A stretch of DNA of 64,000 bases from Candidatus Margulisiibacteriota bacterium (GCA_035541735.1 DATKMS010000266.1:28834-92833), one strand, 5' to 3'. Positions 47,504 through 57,210 are shown, counted from the first letter of the stretch. The notes: generated by a model not told the origin, from the letters alone. Translations and numbers: made by a program.

Positions 47504-47720
47504 GGAGGCATCAGAAGCACGATCCGCGTCGCAGCTGCAAAGTGGGCATCCGAGGGGCAGATGCGTCGGAGTTCTCACGAGGGGCGATCCTCAGTAGCCG
47601 GTGACCACGAAGCGGGCCTCGGTGCCGCTGCACAGCACACAGGCGCGCTCGTTGTGGTGTGCGTCCTCAGCGCAGTCCTGCGAGTGGCTGATCCAGCCTG
47701 CGCTGGCGAACGCTGACCTG

Positions 47721-48914
47721 TCAGCTGCAGTCATCGGTCACCGTGCCACACACACGCTGGTATACGGCCAGCGTTTGCTCGGCCGTGCGCTGCCACGTCA
47801 GATGGGCGGCACGTTCCTGCCCGGCCGCGATCAGACGTGCACGCAGCGCCGGCTGGCGCAAGACCTGGAGGAGCTGCGCCGCGAACTCCGTCGTATCGGT
47901 CGGGTCGGCCAGCAGGGCTGCGTCGCCAAAGACTTCGGGAAGCGAGGAAGTGCGCGATGCGACCACGGGCGTGCCGCATGCCATCGCCTCCAGCACCGGA
48001 AGGCCGAAGCCTTCATACAGCGATGGATACGCAAACGCCAAGGCGCGGCGATAGAACTCCGCGAGGTCCGCGTCAGGGACGTCGCGATAGATGCGCACCC
48101 AGGGGCGCAATGTAGCCGCGTCCGCTTGCAGCCGCGGGTCTCTCCAGCGCCATCCGTCGCGCCCGACAATGACCAGGCCGACTCGCTCCCCGGAGTCATG
48201 GAGGCGACGCAGGGCGGCGATGAGTAGAGCGTGGTTCTTGCGCGGTTCGAGAACGCCGACGTTCAGGATGTAGCGTTCCGGAACGTCGTAGCGATGCTGG
48301 AAGCCGTCCGTTCGCGCACTGCGCGCGAAATCTTGGTTGGTGCCCAACGGTACGACCGTGACCTTGTGCGTGGAGACGACGCCCCGCTGGATGAGATCAG
48401 CGCGGGTGTGCGCGGAGTCGACGATGACGTGATGCGCCCGGCGGAGAGCCGGGCGCAGAAGCAACCGAAATCCCAGCACTCTCCGCCACGGATGCAACCT
48501 CGGAAAGAGGAGCGGCGTCAGATCGTGCAGGGTCACGACACGCTTGAGCTGGGCGGGCAGAAACGTGCCGCCGAATTGGTTGGGGAAGTGGACGATGTCG
48601 AGCCCAAGGTGCGTGAGGGTTCGCCAGGCCGTGATGCCCAGCCTGGTCAGCGGCGATCCGCGCAGAAATACACAGTGGGTCCGCGCATTGCGATAGATAT
48701 CGAGCACGCCGCTGCCGCGGCGGATGAGGAAGTACTCATTGGCGTGGTCGATCAACTGCAGATGCTTGACCAGATTGTAGATGTACACCCCCACGCCACC
48801 GTTGCGAATGTGCGCCGTGCCCGTCGACGTGCCTTCCAGGAGGCCATCGGTGACGATGCCGATACGCAGCGGTTTGCCGAAAGCGTTCGTGGTTTCCAAA
48901 GGATTCTTCACCAA
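47721..48914 (-). CDS. GT4-family glycosyltransferase
   Basis: PSLYEGFGLPVLEAMACGTPVVASRTSSLPEVFGDAALLADP is the canonical GT4 EX7E region. Confidence 0.85.
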   Translation of the reverse strand: MVKNPLETTNAFGKPLRIGIVTDGLLEGTSTGTAHIRNGGVGVYIYNLVKHLQLIDHANEYFLIRRGSGVLDIYRNARTHCVFLRGSPLTRLGITAWRTLTHLGLDIVHFPNQFGGTFLPAQLKRVVTLHDLTPLLFPRLHPWRRVLGFRLLLRPALRRAHHVIVDSAHTRADLIQRGVVSTHKVTVVPLGTNQDFARSARTDGFQHRYDVPERYILNVGVLEPRKNHALLIAALRRLHDSGERVGLVIVGRDGWRWRDPRLQADAATLRPWVRIYRDVPDADLAEFYRRALAFAYPSLYEGFGLPVLEAMACGTPVVASRTSSLPEVFGDAALLADPTDTTEFAAQLLQVLRQPALRARLIAAGQERAAHLTWQRTAEQTLAVYQRVCGTVTDDCS

Positions 48915-49064
48915 TCAATCTCTTCTTCGTTGCCGCAGAGCCTGTGTGTTTCGGCAGCGTAGTACCCAGATTGAGTGCGCGCGTCCACCTGGGCAACCGG
49001 AGCTTCCCTGTTTACATACCGCAGTATATAGGGACCCTTACGAACCGTTGCCGCGGGTGGCACA

Positions 49065-50333
49065 TTGAGGATCCTGCAATTCAGCACGTGGAAGGAGGCT
49101 TGCGGTATCGCTGGCTACACCGAGGACTTGGCCGCCGCATTGCATCAGTTCGGGGTGCGGGTGGAGGTCCACCCGATCAACCGCCGCGCGCGCAAATACC
49201 TGACGAGCCAGGAAGTACTGGCAGATCACCGGGAGTTTGTCAGACAGGCGCGCGCCTTCGACGTCGCGCACCTGCAGCACGAGTTCGGCTTTTTCGGACA
49301 AGGTGAGCTGTCCAAGTCCATAACGGATTTCAGCACAATCCTCCGCTTGTTGGAGAACGCGTCGGTGCCAACGGTTGTGACCTTTCACACGCAGCCCCCC
49401 TTCCATACGTCTGTGTTGCGGGTGCTGCTGGCCGGACGTGGCTTTCCCGAGCCGCTGCGCTCGCTCCTGCTGGGGCGGCAATGGAGGACCAAGATCGGCA
49501 GGCTTTTCAGGGGTGACCGCAGGGCATTCCGCGCGGTCGTCTGTTCCAAGAAAGCCCGAGTCAGTCTTGTGAAATTCGGATTTGATCCGCGCAGTATCGA
49601 GGTCATCCCGATCGGAATGTACGACCGGAGCCAGAGAGCGGTGGGCGTCGATAGTCAGGGTGCCAAGCGCACTCTGGGCTATCCGCAAGATACCGTGTTG
49701 CTGTCGGCGTTCGGTTTTGTGACGGCTTCGAAAGGCCTTCTGACGGCGGTGAATGCGTTGCGCCACCTCCCCGCCAACTATCACCTCGCAATCGTCGGCG
49801 GACCTCATCCGGAGCTGACCGACGATTTGACGTTGGAACACATCCTCAAACAGACGGCACGTGACCGGCGTTTGCACGAGCGCATTCGGGTCACCGGTTT
49901 TGCCGATGTGACGGTCGTCGACCTGTATCACGCCGCCACCGACATCTGTCTGGCTCCGTACCTCGATCCCAGCCAAGCGGCGTCAGCAGGGATCGGCTGG
50001 GCAATCTCGTCGGGCAAACCGATCATCGCCAGCAAGATTCCCGCATTCGTGGAGATCAACGAGAGAGCGGAGAGCTTCCTGACCTTTACGCCTGGCGCCG
50101 CGCACGAGCTGGCCTGGCACATCGAACGGTTGTACGGCGACCGCGGGCTGCAGGATCGCCTGACACGAAACGCTCTCCGCTACGCCGAGGACTGGAGCTG
50201 GGGCACGGTCGCCAAAGCCCATATCGACCTCTATGGCAAGCTCCTCGGCGCGTGCGGCCGCTCGGAACGAACGGCTGAATCGCACGCCGTGACCGAGGAT
50301 GCTGTTGAGCTCGAGCCCGCGGTGCAGAAGTAG
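49065..50333 (+). CDS. GT4-family glycosyltransferase
   Basis: MRILQFSTWKEACGIAGYTEDLAAAL. GT-B two-domain layout. Divergent from 47721-48914 with a 150-nt lower-GC spacer. Confidence 0.75.
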   Translation: MRILQFSTWKEACGIAGYTEDLAAALHQFGVRVEVHPINRRARKYLTSQEVLADHREFVRQARAFDVAHLQHEFGFFGQGELSKSITDFSTILRLLENASVPTVVTFHTQPPFHTSVLRVLLAGRGFPEPLRSLLLGRQWRTKIGRLFRGDRRAFRAVVCSKKARVSLVKFGFDPRSIEVIPIGMYDRSQRAVGVDSQGAKRTLGYPQDTVLLSAFGFVTASKGLLTAVNALRHLPANYHLAIVGGPHPELTDDLTLEHILKQTARDRRLHERIRVTGFADVTVVDLYHAATDICLAPYLDPSQAASAGIGWAISSGKPIIASKIPAFVEINERAESFLTFTPGAAHELAWHIERLYGDRGLQDRLTRNALRYAEDWSWGTVAKAHIDLYGKLLGACGRSERTAESHAVTEDAVELEPAVQK

Positions 50334-50347
50334 GGCGAGCGTGCTTG

Positions 50348-51124
50348 TTAGGCCGCGGCGCCGCGGTTGCCGTGTGCGAACTCGCTATAGGCGGAGATCA
50401 CCTCACGGGCCGGCCCGAGCGCGCGCAGTTGGCCGCGATCCAGCCACACGACCTGATGGCAGAAGCCGGCGAGTGCTGTTAAATCGTGACTCACCATCAG
50501 CACGAGTCGGGCCTTGTTGATCAGGTCTCGCATGCGGGCACGGGCTTTTTCCTGGAACGTGATGTCGCCGGCGCTGAGTACCTCGTCGACCAGGAGAATC
50601 TCCGGCTCGGCCGCCGTGGCGATCGAAAACGCGAGTCTCACCAACATCCCGGTCGAGTAGTAGCGCACCGGCATATCGAGATGCTCACCGAGTTCACTGA
50701 ACTCGGCGATCGGCCGGCGCTTCGCGGCGATGGTCTTGGGCGTCTCGCCTTGCAGGTAGCCGCGGTAGTCGATGTTCTCCCAGCCGGTTGCGTCGAGGTC
50801 GAAGCCGAGAGAAATATCGAACAATGAACTGATGCGCCCGTTGGTGAGGCACTTGCCACTGGTCGGGCGGTAGACACCGGCGATCAGTTTCAGCAGCGAG
50901 CTCTTGCCGGCGCCGTTGTTACCGACGATGCCGATTCGCTGGCCCTCGTTCAGACCCAGACTGAGATGCTGGAGCGCACGCACCTCGATCAGCGGGTTCA
51001 CTGAACGGTGGAACAACTGGCGCACCAGGAGTTCCTTCAGAGTGAGCCTGCCGTGCTGGCGCACTCTGAAGACCAGGCTCGCATCGTCGAGGACAATTCG
51101 CGCCATCGGCTGCCGCACGATCAC
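50348..51124 (-). CDS. Polysaccharide/O-antigen ABC exporter ATP-binding protein (Wzt/TagH-like, no C-terminal CBM)
   Basis: Walker A GIVGNNGAGKSSLLK. Signature YSTGMLVRLAF. Walker B ILLVDEVLSAGD. 4-nt overlap with the permease gene. Confidence 0.9.
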   Translation of the reverse strand: MIVRQPMARIVLDDASLVFRVRQHGRLTLKELLVRQLFHRSVNPLIEVRALQHLSLGLNEGQRIGIVGNNGAGKSSLLKLIAGVYRPTSGKCLTNGRISSLFDISLGFDLDATGWENIDYRGYLQGETPKTIAAKRRPIAEFSELGEHLDMPVRYYSTGMLVRLAFSIATAAEPEILLVDEVLSAGDITFQEKARARMRDLINKARLVLMVSHDLTALAGFCHQVVWLDRGQLRALGPAREVISAYSEFAHGNRGAAA

Positions 51125-51903
51125 AAGTGAAAGATCACACGCTTTTGGAAAACGACGAGCGACGAAATCGCCAGCCCCATGACGACCGCGACGACCACTG
51201 CGGAGGAGACGAACGCGCTGGTCGGTGGAACGCGACCGTCCAGAACGGGCTCACGCAAAAGCTGCAGCAGGTGGACCAGAGGGTTGTACTTCAGAATCCA
51301 GTCGAGTTGCACGCGCTCCAGGATGGCCCTGTCGTACATCACTGGTGTGACGAAGAAGAGAATCTGGAACCCGTCTTCGCAGAGGTGCTGGGTATCGGGA
51401 AAGAAGACGTTCGCCAATCCGGCGAGCGTCGCGGTCGACCACACCAGGAGAAAGTACAGTGTTACGGTGGGTGCGAGGCTGATGAGTGCCCATGGGTTGG
51501 TCACGCCGCTGAAGTGCCACGACAGCAGGAGCGCGACCGGCAGCGAGATCAGAAAGTGAACGGTGCCCGCGAGCGCGTTGCGCAATGGGTAGATCGCCAT
51601 CGGCGCAGGATACTGGCGGATGTAGGCCTCGGCCTGAAACAGACACTGGCACCCAGTGCTCGTCACGCTGACCAAGTAGTTCCAGAAAATCAATCCGGAA
51701 AAAAGAAACGGCACATAGCTCTTCACCGGAACCGCCAGGAGCAGCGGGAGCACAGTGCACAGTACCAGCGTCATCACCACCGGATGGAGCAGCGACCATC
51801 CGATCCCCAATACCGAACGCCTGTACCTGGTGCGCAGATCGTTTCTGGCCAGCGAGAGCCAGAAATAACGGCAACGCCACATCGCTACGAGATATTCGCG
51901 CAT
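51121..51903 (-). CDS. ABC-2 type polysaccharide exporter permease (Wzm-like)
   Basis: MREYLVAMWRCRYFWLSLARNDLRTRYRRSVLGIGWSLLHP is the typical ABC-2 N-terminus. Six hydrophobic helices. The track ORF starts at GTG 51936; I prefer ATG 51903. Confidence 0.85.
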   Translation of the reverse strand: MREYLVAMWRCRYFWLSLARNDLRTRYRRSVLGIGWSLLHPVVMTLVLCTVLPLLLAVPVKSYVPFLFSGLIFWNYLVSVTSTGCQCLFQAEAYIRQYPAPMAIYPLRNALAGTVHFLISLPVALLLSWHFSGVTNPWALISLAPTVTLYFLLVWSTATLAGLANVFFPDTQHLCEDGFQILFFVTPVMYDRAILERVQLDWILKYNPLVHLLQLLREPVLDGRVPPTSAFVSSAVVVAVVMGLAISSLVVFQKRVIFHL

Positions 51904-51974
51904 CGTGAGCTTGCAGCCGGGCGCGAATCCTAGCACAAGCGTGCCACTTCGCGCGAAACCGACGGCGCATTCGC

Positions 51975-52023
51975 GCCGGCGGAACGCCAGAAGATCCTCG
52001 ATTTCTACAAGCGCCGCTACGCA
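51975..52023 (+). pseudogene. Relic of the 3' end of a second HAO-family gene
   Basis: 42 of 49 nt are identical by hand alignment to 53529-53577, the last codons of the intact gene. It translates FAPAERQKILDFYKRRYA versus LAPEERQKILDFYKQRYG. There is no upstream body, since the wzm start lies ~70 nt away. Confidence 0.6.
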
Positions 52024-52203
52024 CTTTGCGGCCCCCCGCGTTTCCTTCCCCCTCGTCGCGCACTACCTCTCGTTTGCGGTGCTCAAGCACTTCAGGAGGC
52101 AAATGCACTTTGTTGGCGCGCGCGCTCCGTGCTAAACCCACCCTTCGTAGCTCGCCCGACAGCGAGTCCGGTGCATGCACCTGCAAGCTCGAGGAGGTGG
52201 AGA

Positions 52204-53583
52204 ATGGCACGCAGCGTTCGTCTCACCATGGTTCTGTTGTTCCTTACCGCAGTGCCCGCCGTTGCCAAGCCGCCCCGGAAACAACAGGTCTCCAAGGGAT
52301 CCAAGGCAGAGATGAGTGCGGAGAGTCGGGCGTGCTACAAATGTCATTCGGAAAAGACGCCGGTCATTGCGCAGCAATGGGCCGAGTCCAAACATGCGAC
52401 GCTGGGCGTCGGCTGCTTCGAATGTCACCACGCCGATGCGGCGGATGCCGATGCGTTTACGCACTACGGCCAGACTATTGCGATCATCGTCACCCCGAAG
52501 GACTGCGGCGTCTGTCACGTCAGCGAGACCGCAGAGTTCACCCAGAGCCACCACGCCCAGGCGGCGCAGTTCATCGGTTCGCTCGACAACGTCCTCGGCG
52601 AAATGGCGGAGGGGTCGTTGGCTGCCGCCAACGGCTGTTGGCAATGCCACGGTTCGACCGTCCGCCTGCTCGCCGGCGCCGACGGTGCGCCGCTGAAGGA
52701 CGAAAACGGCAAGCCGAAGATCGATCCATTGACCTGGCCGAACACCGGCATCGGCCGGGTCAATCTCGACGGTAGTCGCGGCTCATGCTCCGCGTGCCAC
52801 TCGCGGCACATCTTCAGCCGCGCGGTTGGCCGCTATCCTGATACCTGTGGCAAATGCCACATGGGCCCCGATCATCCGCAGATTGAAATCTACAACGAGT
52901 CGAAGCACGGCATCGCCTTTCACGCCCGCGAAGCCGACATGCACCTCGACAAGGAGTCGTGGATCGTCGGCAAGGACTACAGCGCGGCACCGACGTGCGC
53001 GACCTGCCACATGAGCGCGACCGCAACCCAGCCGGTCACGCATGACGTCGGCGCACGGATCAGCTGGACCTTGCGTCCGGTCATTTCCAAGAAGCTCGAG
53101 AATTGGGAGAGCCGCCGCGGCAAGATGCAGGAGGTGTGCACCAACTGCCACGGCCCGGACTTCATCAAGGCGTTCTACGTGCAGTACGACAAGACGGTGG
53201 AACTGTACAACGACAAGTTCGCCAAGCCGGCGCAGCAGATCATGGACGTGCTGCGCGCCAAAAAGAAGATCACCCCGGACCCGTTCGACGACCAGATCGA
53301 ATGGACCTTCTACTTTCTCTGGCATCACGAAGGCCGGCGCGCGCGTATGGGGGTGTCGATGCAGGGCCCCGACTACACGCAATGGCACGGCTTCTTCGAA
53401 GTGGCGCACCGCTTCTACTTCGAGCTGATCCCGCAAGCGCAGGGGCTGGCGGGTGGGGATCCAGACATCACCAAGGTCATCGACGACATCCTGGCGCAGC
53501 CCGACCACGCCTGGCGCAAGGGCCTGGCGCCGGAGGAGCGCCAGAAGATCCTGGATTTCTACAAGCAGCGCTACGGGCAGTGA
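52204..53583 (+). CDS. HAO-family octaheme cytochrome c (hydroxylamine oxidoreductase / epsilon-Hao-like)
   Basis: Signal peptide MARSVRLTMVLLFLTAVPAVA. Eight CxxCH motifs (CYKCH, CFECH, CGVCH, CWQCH, CSACH, CGKCH, CATCH, CTNCH). Family-typical CSACHSRH and CGKCHMGPDHPQIEIYNESKHG. Confidence 0.8.
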   Translation: MARSVRLTMVLLFLTAVPAVAKPPRKQQVSKGSKAEMSAESRACYKCHSEKTPVIAQQWAESKHATLGVGCFECHHADAADADAFTHYGQTIAIIVTPKDCGVCHVSETAEFTQSHHAQAAQFIGSLDNVLGEMAEGSLAAANGCWQCHGSTVRLLAGADGAPLKDENGKPKIDPLTWPNTGIGRVNLDGSRGSCSACHSRHIFSRAVGRYPDTCGKCHMGPDHPQIEIYNESKHGIAFHAREADMHLDKESWIVGKDYSAAPTCATCHMSATATQPVTHDVGARISWTLRPVISKKLENWESRRGKMQEVCTNCHGPDFIKAFYVQYDKTVELYNDKFAKPAQQIMDVLRAKKKITPDPFDDQIEWTFYFLWHHEGRRARMGVSMQGPDYTQWHGFFEVAHRFYFELIPQAQGLAGGDPDITKVIDDILAQPDHAWRKGLAPEERQKILDFYKQRYGQ

Positions 53584-53632
53584 GCGAGCCGCCTGCAGCG
53601 CCGAGTCGTTGGAGCAGCACGCCAGGCTAAGG

Positions 53633-54190
53633 TTAGTATCCGGGGGGCGGGGGCGGCGGGTTCCCGCGTGGCGGCGGCGGCACGCGCGGCGCGGAATCGG
53701 GCGGCGGTGGTGGAGCAGGGTATTGCGCGCCGGGCGAGTGCGCCAGTTGCGACCCGCCTGGCATCGGGATCTGGTTGCCCTTCGCGTACATGCACTGCAT
53801 GTACGCAATGTCGTAGCGCTGTTGCACCGTCCATTGTGCTATCCCGGCCTGGCTGGCGCCCGCAGCCGTACCACCGGCCAACCCCACACCGGAGCCTACG
53901 GCGGCCCCGGCGGCGGCATTCCCAGAGGCGGCGCCAATCGCCGCACCGCTGGCCGCTCCGACAACCGTCCCGATGGCCGCACCGCTGACCGCATTCTGGG
54001 TTCCTGCCTTCGTCGTCGTCGTCCCTGTCTGCTGCAAGGCCCACTGGCGACACATCGCGTCGTCGGCTTGGAATTGTTCAAAGTCCTTGCCGTTGCCGGG
54101 CAGCACCATGACGTTGGGGCCTGTAGGGACCGTCACACATCCTGCCAGCAGCAGTTCAGTGACGAGAGGAAGGAGAAACAATTTCCGCAC
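53633..54190 (-). CDS. Glycine-zipper outer-membrane lipoprotein with Pro-rich C-terminus
   Basis: Lipobox LLLAGC. Gly-zipper GAAIGTVVGAASGAAIGAASGNAAAGAAVGSGVG. YDIAYMQCMYAKGN motif. C-terminal PPPPP tracts. Confidence 0.75.
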   Translation of the reverse strand: MRKLFLLPLVTELLLAGCVTVPTGPNVMVLPGNGKDFEQFQADDAMCRQWALQQTGTTTTKAGTQNAVSGAAIGTVVGAASGAAIGAASGNAAAGAAVGSGVGLAGGTAAGASQAGIAQWTVQQRYDIAYMQCMYAKGNQIPMPGGSQLAHSPGAQYPAPPPPPDSAPRVPPPPRGNPPPPPPGY

Positions 54191-54210
54191 GGTTGTTGCC
54201 CAGGATCAAT

Positions 54211-54648
54211 CTATTCAGGTCTCGGCGGGACCTTGATCCAGCCCTCGGCGCACCTCGAAACTTTCGGATAGTACGCCTTGGCGCTCGCACAGTAGTACCA
54301 ATAGGTCTCAGAAGCCCCTGCGGACGGGGCCGGCGACTGCTGGACGTATACCGACGGCTGCTGGAGAGAAACCGAGGGATATGGGTAGGCGTACGGCGCT
54401 GGATAGTACCAGTAAGGATACGCGTATGGGTACGGATAGCCCCACCACCACGGTCCTCCGACCACCACGGTGCCGTGCCAACCACCACCGTAGTACCCCC
54501 ATCCGCCGCCGTGCCAAGCGCTTCCACTCCAAGTTCCCCCGTGCCAACCACCATGCCACCCGCCGTTCCCGGTCCATGCGAGACCCGGTCCTGCGGAAAG
54601 GACGGACAGTGCGATGGCGAAGAGCAAACCTGCCGCTGACGTTCTCAT
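54211..54648 (-). CDS. Secreted Gly/Trp/Tyr/Pro low-complexity protein with conserved Cys-containing C-terminal motif
   Basis: Start MRTSAAGLLFAIALSVLSAGPGLA (signal peptide). GGWHGGWHGG and YPYPYAYPYWYYP repeats. C-terminal YWYYCASAKAYYPKVSRCAEGWIKVPP. Confidence 0.6.
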   Translation of the reverse strand: MRTSAAGLLFAIALSVLSAGPGLAWTGNGGWHGGWHGGTWSGSAWHGGGWGYYGGGWHGTVVVGGPWWWGYPYPYAYPYWYYPAPYAYPYPSVSLQQPSVYVQQSPAPSAGASETYWYYCASAKAYYPKVSRCAEGWIKVPPRPE

Positions 54649-54803
54649 GGCACCCTCACGGTTTCGACGTATTAATACTAGACCGAATTCACTCCGGCGG
54701 CACGTCAAAAAGAGAATGAGTGTGCGAATAGCCGAAGTTGAGCCCTGCCCCTTCCCCTGCGCTGTGTACATGCGCTAAATGCCGTTGCATTCTCAGGCGG
54801 GCC

Positions 54804-56012
54804 ATGAGGTCGGTGCTCTTGAACTATCCCACCGGGCGAGCAATCACCGACAGCGCCGAGCGCTACGAGGTGTCGGTTGTGTTGCCTTGCTTGAATGAGG
54901 CCGCGACCGTGGGCACCTGCGTTGCCAAGGGCCTCGAGGCGCTGCGCCGCTTGGCAGTGCGCGGCGAGGTCGTCGTCGTCGACAACGGGTCGACGGATGG
55001 TTCCGGTGAGATCGCTGCGCGCGCGGGTGCCCGCGTCGTTGAGGAGCCACGAGGCGGGTACGGCAGTGCTTTGATGCGCGGCATCGCGGCGGCGGGCGCG
55101 CCGTTCATTATCATGGCCGATGCCGACGATTCATACGATCTCACGGATCTCGAGCGCTTCATCACGGCGTTGCGCGCTGGCGCCGACGTGGTCATTGGGT
55201 CACGCCGGCGCGGCACCATCGAGCCTGGTGCGATGCCTACGTTACACCGCTGGATCGGCAATCCGCTGTTTTCCGCGCTGCTGAGCTTCTTGTTCCGCGT
55301 CAATGTGTCCGACAGCCACTGCGGCATGCGCGCCTTCACTCGCCAGGCGTACGACCGCATGCAGTTGCAGACCACCGGAATGGAGTTTGCCTCCGAAATG
55401 GTGATTAAGGCGGCGCTCAGCGACTTGCAGATCGTGGAGATCCCGATCACGCTGCGCCCCGACGGCCGCGGGCGGCGCGCCCATTTGCGGCCGCTGCGCG
55501 ACGGCTGGCGCCACCTGCGCTTCATCCTGCTGTTCTCGCCGACCTACCTCTTCCTCCTGCCGGGGTGTTTGCTCATCGTGCTGGGGTTGCTGCCGCTGAT
55601 CGCCCTGGAAGGTGGACCGCGACGGTTCGCCGGACTCAGCTTCGATGTCCACTACATGGTGCTCGGCAGCCTGCTGACCGTCCTTGGCTTTCAGATCCTC
55701 ACCATGGGCGTGTTCGCCAAGGTTCACTCGCATGCCGCGCGCTTGTCCGCGCCCGACCGCCTGCTCACTCTCTTGCTGCGGCACTTCAATCTCGAACGCG
55801 GCCTGCTCGCCGGCGCGCTGCTCTTCGTCCTCGGCTTCGGCATCGATGCCGCCATCCTCATGCGCTGGCTGGCGAGCCGCATGGGCAGCCTCGATGCCGT
55901 GCGGCCGGCGCTGCAAGCCTCAACGCTGATGATCATCGGCGCGCAAACCGTCTTCTCGTCCTTCTTCCTCAGTATGCTGGCGCTGCCGCGGCGCGATCCA
56001 CCTGCACCCTGA
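54804..56012 (+). CDS. GT2-family glycosyltransferase with C-terminal 4-TM domain (polyprenyl-phosphate sugar synthase type)
   Basis: VSVVLPCLNEAATV, VVVVDNGSTDGS, IIMADADDSYD (DxD), then four hydrophobic helices. This architecture is typical of ArnC/DPM1/GtrB-like enzymes that feed GT-C transferases. Confidence 0.8.
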   Translation: MRSVLLNYPTGRAITDSAERYEVSVVLPCLNEAATVGTCVAKGLEALRRLAVRGEVVVVDNGSTDGSGEIAARAGARVVEEPRGGYGSALMRGIAAAGAPFIIMADADDSYDLTDLERFITALRAGADVVIGSRRRGTIEPGAMPTLHRWIGNPLFSALLSFLFRVNVSDSHCGMRAFTRQAYDRMQLQTTGMEFASEMVIKAALSDLQIVEIPITLRPDGRGRRAHLRPLRDGWRHLRFILLFSPTYLFLLPGCLLIVLGLLPLIALEGGPRRFAGLSFDVHYMVLGSLLTVLGFQILTMGVFAKVHSHAARLSAPDRLLTLLLRHFNLERGLLAGALLFVLGFGIDAAILMRWLASRMGSLDAVRPALQASTLMIIGAQTVFSSFFLSMLALPRRDPPAP

Positions 56013-56037
56013 GCAACCGTCCACGGCTGATGGTAGC

Positions 56038-57210
56038 GTGCGCATCGCGATCGTTTACGACTGTCTGTACCCGCATACGGTCGGTGGTGCCGAACGCTGG
56101 TACCGCAGCCTGGCGGAGCGACTCGCGCGGCGTCATCAGGTCACCTACATCACCCGACGCCAATGGACCGGTGCGACCCCGCCGACCCTGCCGGCCAACG
56201 TCCATGTGGTGGCGGTGTCCCGCGGCACGCCGCTGTACACGAGATCGGGCAGACGCCGCATCATGCCGCCGCTGCGTTTTGGCGCCGCTGTCCTGGTCCA
56301 CTTGCTGCGCCATCGCCGCAGCTATGACGTCGTGCATACCTGCGCGTTTCCGTATTTCCCGCTGCTCGCCGCGCAATGCGCCGGGGCGCACGGGGGACCG
56401 GCGGTGGTGGTGGACTGGCTGGAGACCTGGAGCAACCAATACTGGCGCCGTTACCTGGGCAGCGTCCGCGGTCGCATGGGGGCGGCCGTGCAACGGCTGT
56501 GTATCCGCCTCACTGACCACGCGTGCGTGCCGTCCAAGTTGCAGGCTGCGCACCTGATCGACGGTGGCTATCAGAACGACCCCATCATCTTGAAGAGCCT
56601 CTATGACGGACCGATTGCTTCATTCGATGCGCAAGCCAGTCGCCAGCCTCTCGTCGTCTATGTCGGCCGCCACATTCCCGAAAAGCGCGTCGAGGTCATC
56701 CCAGCCGCCATTGCTGCCGCCCGCCAGCGCATTCCTGCACTCCGGGCGGCCATCTTCGGCGATGGCCCGGCGCGCGCGCGGGTGCTTGCCGAGATCGAGC
56801 GACGCGGGTTGCAGCAGGTGATTCGCTGTCCCGGATTTGTACCGTGGGAGGAAGTGGACGCAACGCTGCGGAGCGCCCTCTGCCTGCTCCTGCCGTCGGA
56901 ACGCGAGGGGTACGGCCTGGTGGTGCTCGAGGCCGCGGCGCGCGGCACGCCATCGATTGTCGTGCGCGCACCGGACAACGCCGCAACGGAGTTGGTCGAT
57001 CACGAGGAAAACGGTCTGGTGGTGGATAGTGCTGCACCGCCCGTGCTCGCCGCTGCGATCGCGGCGGTGCAGGCAGCGGGCGCAGCGCTGGCGCAGCGGA
57101 CGCGCGTATGGTGCGCCAGGAACACGTCGCGCCTCACGATCGACAACACCATCAGCCAGCTGGAAGAGCTCTACAGCTCGATCATCAAGGCGGCTCACGC
57201 TCCCAAGTGA
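56038..57210 (+). CDS. GT4-family glycosyltransferase
   Basis: GTG start. MRIAIVYDCLYPHTVGGAERWY. PSEREGYGLVVLEAAARGTPSIVVRAPDNAATELV. Confidence 0.85.
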   Translation: MRIAIVYDCLYPHTVGGAERWYRSLAERLARRHQVTYITRRQWTGATPPTLPANVHVVAVSRGTPLYTRSGRRRIMPPLRFGAAVLVHLLRHRRSYDVVHTCAFPYFPLLAAQCAGAHGGPAVVVDWLETWSNQYWRRYLGSVRGRMGAAVQRLCIRLTDHACVPSKLQAAHLIDGGYQNDPIILKSLYDGPIASFDAQASRQPLVVYVGRHIPEKRVEVIPAAIAAARQRIPALRAAIFGDGPARARVLAEIERRGLQQVIRCPGFVPWEEVDATLRSALCLLLPSEREGYGLVVLEAAARGTPSIVVRAPDNAATELVDHEENGLVVDSAAPPVLAAAIAAVQAAGAALAQRTRVWCARNTSRLTIDNTISQLEELYSSIIKAAHAPK

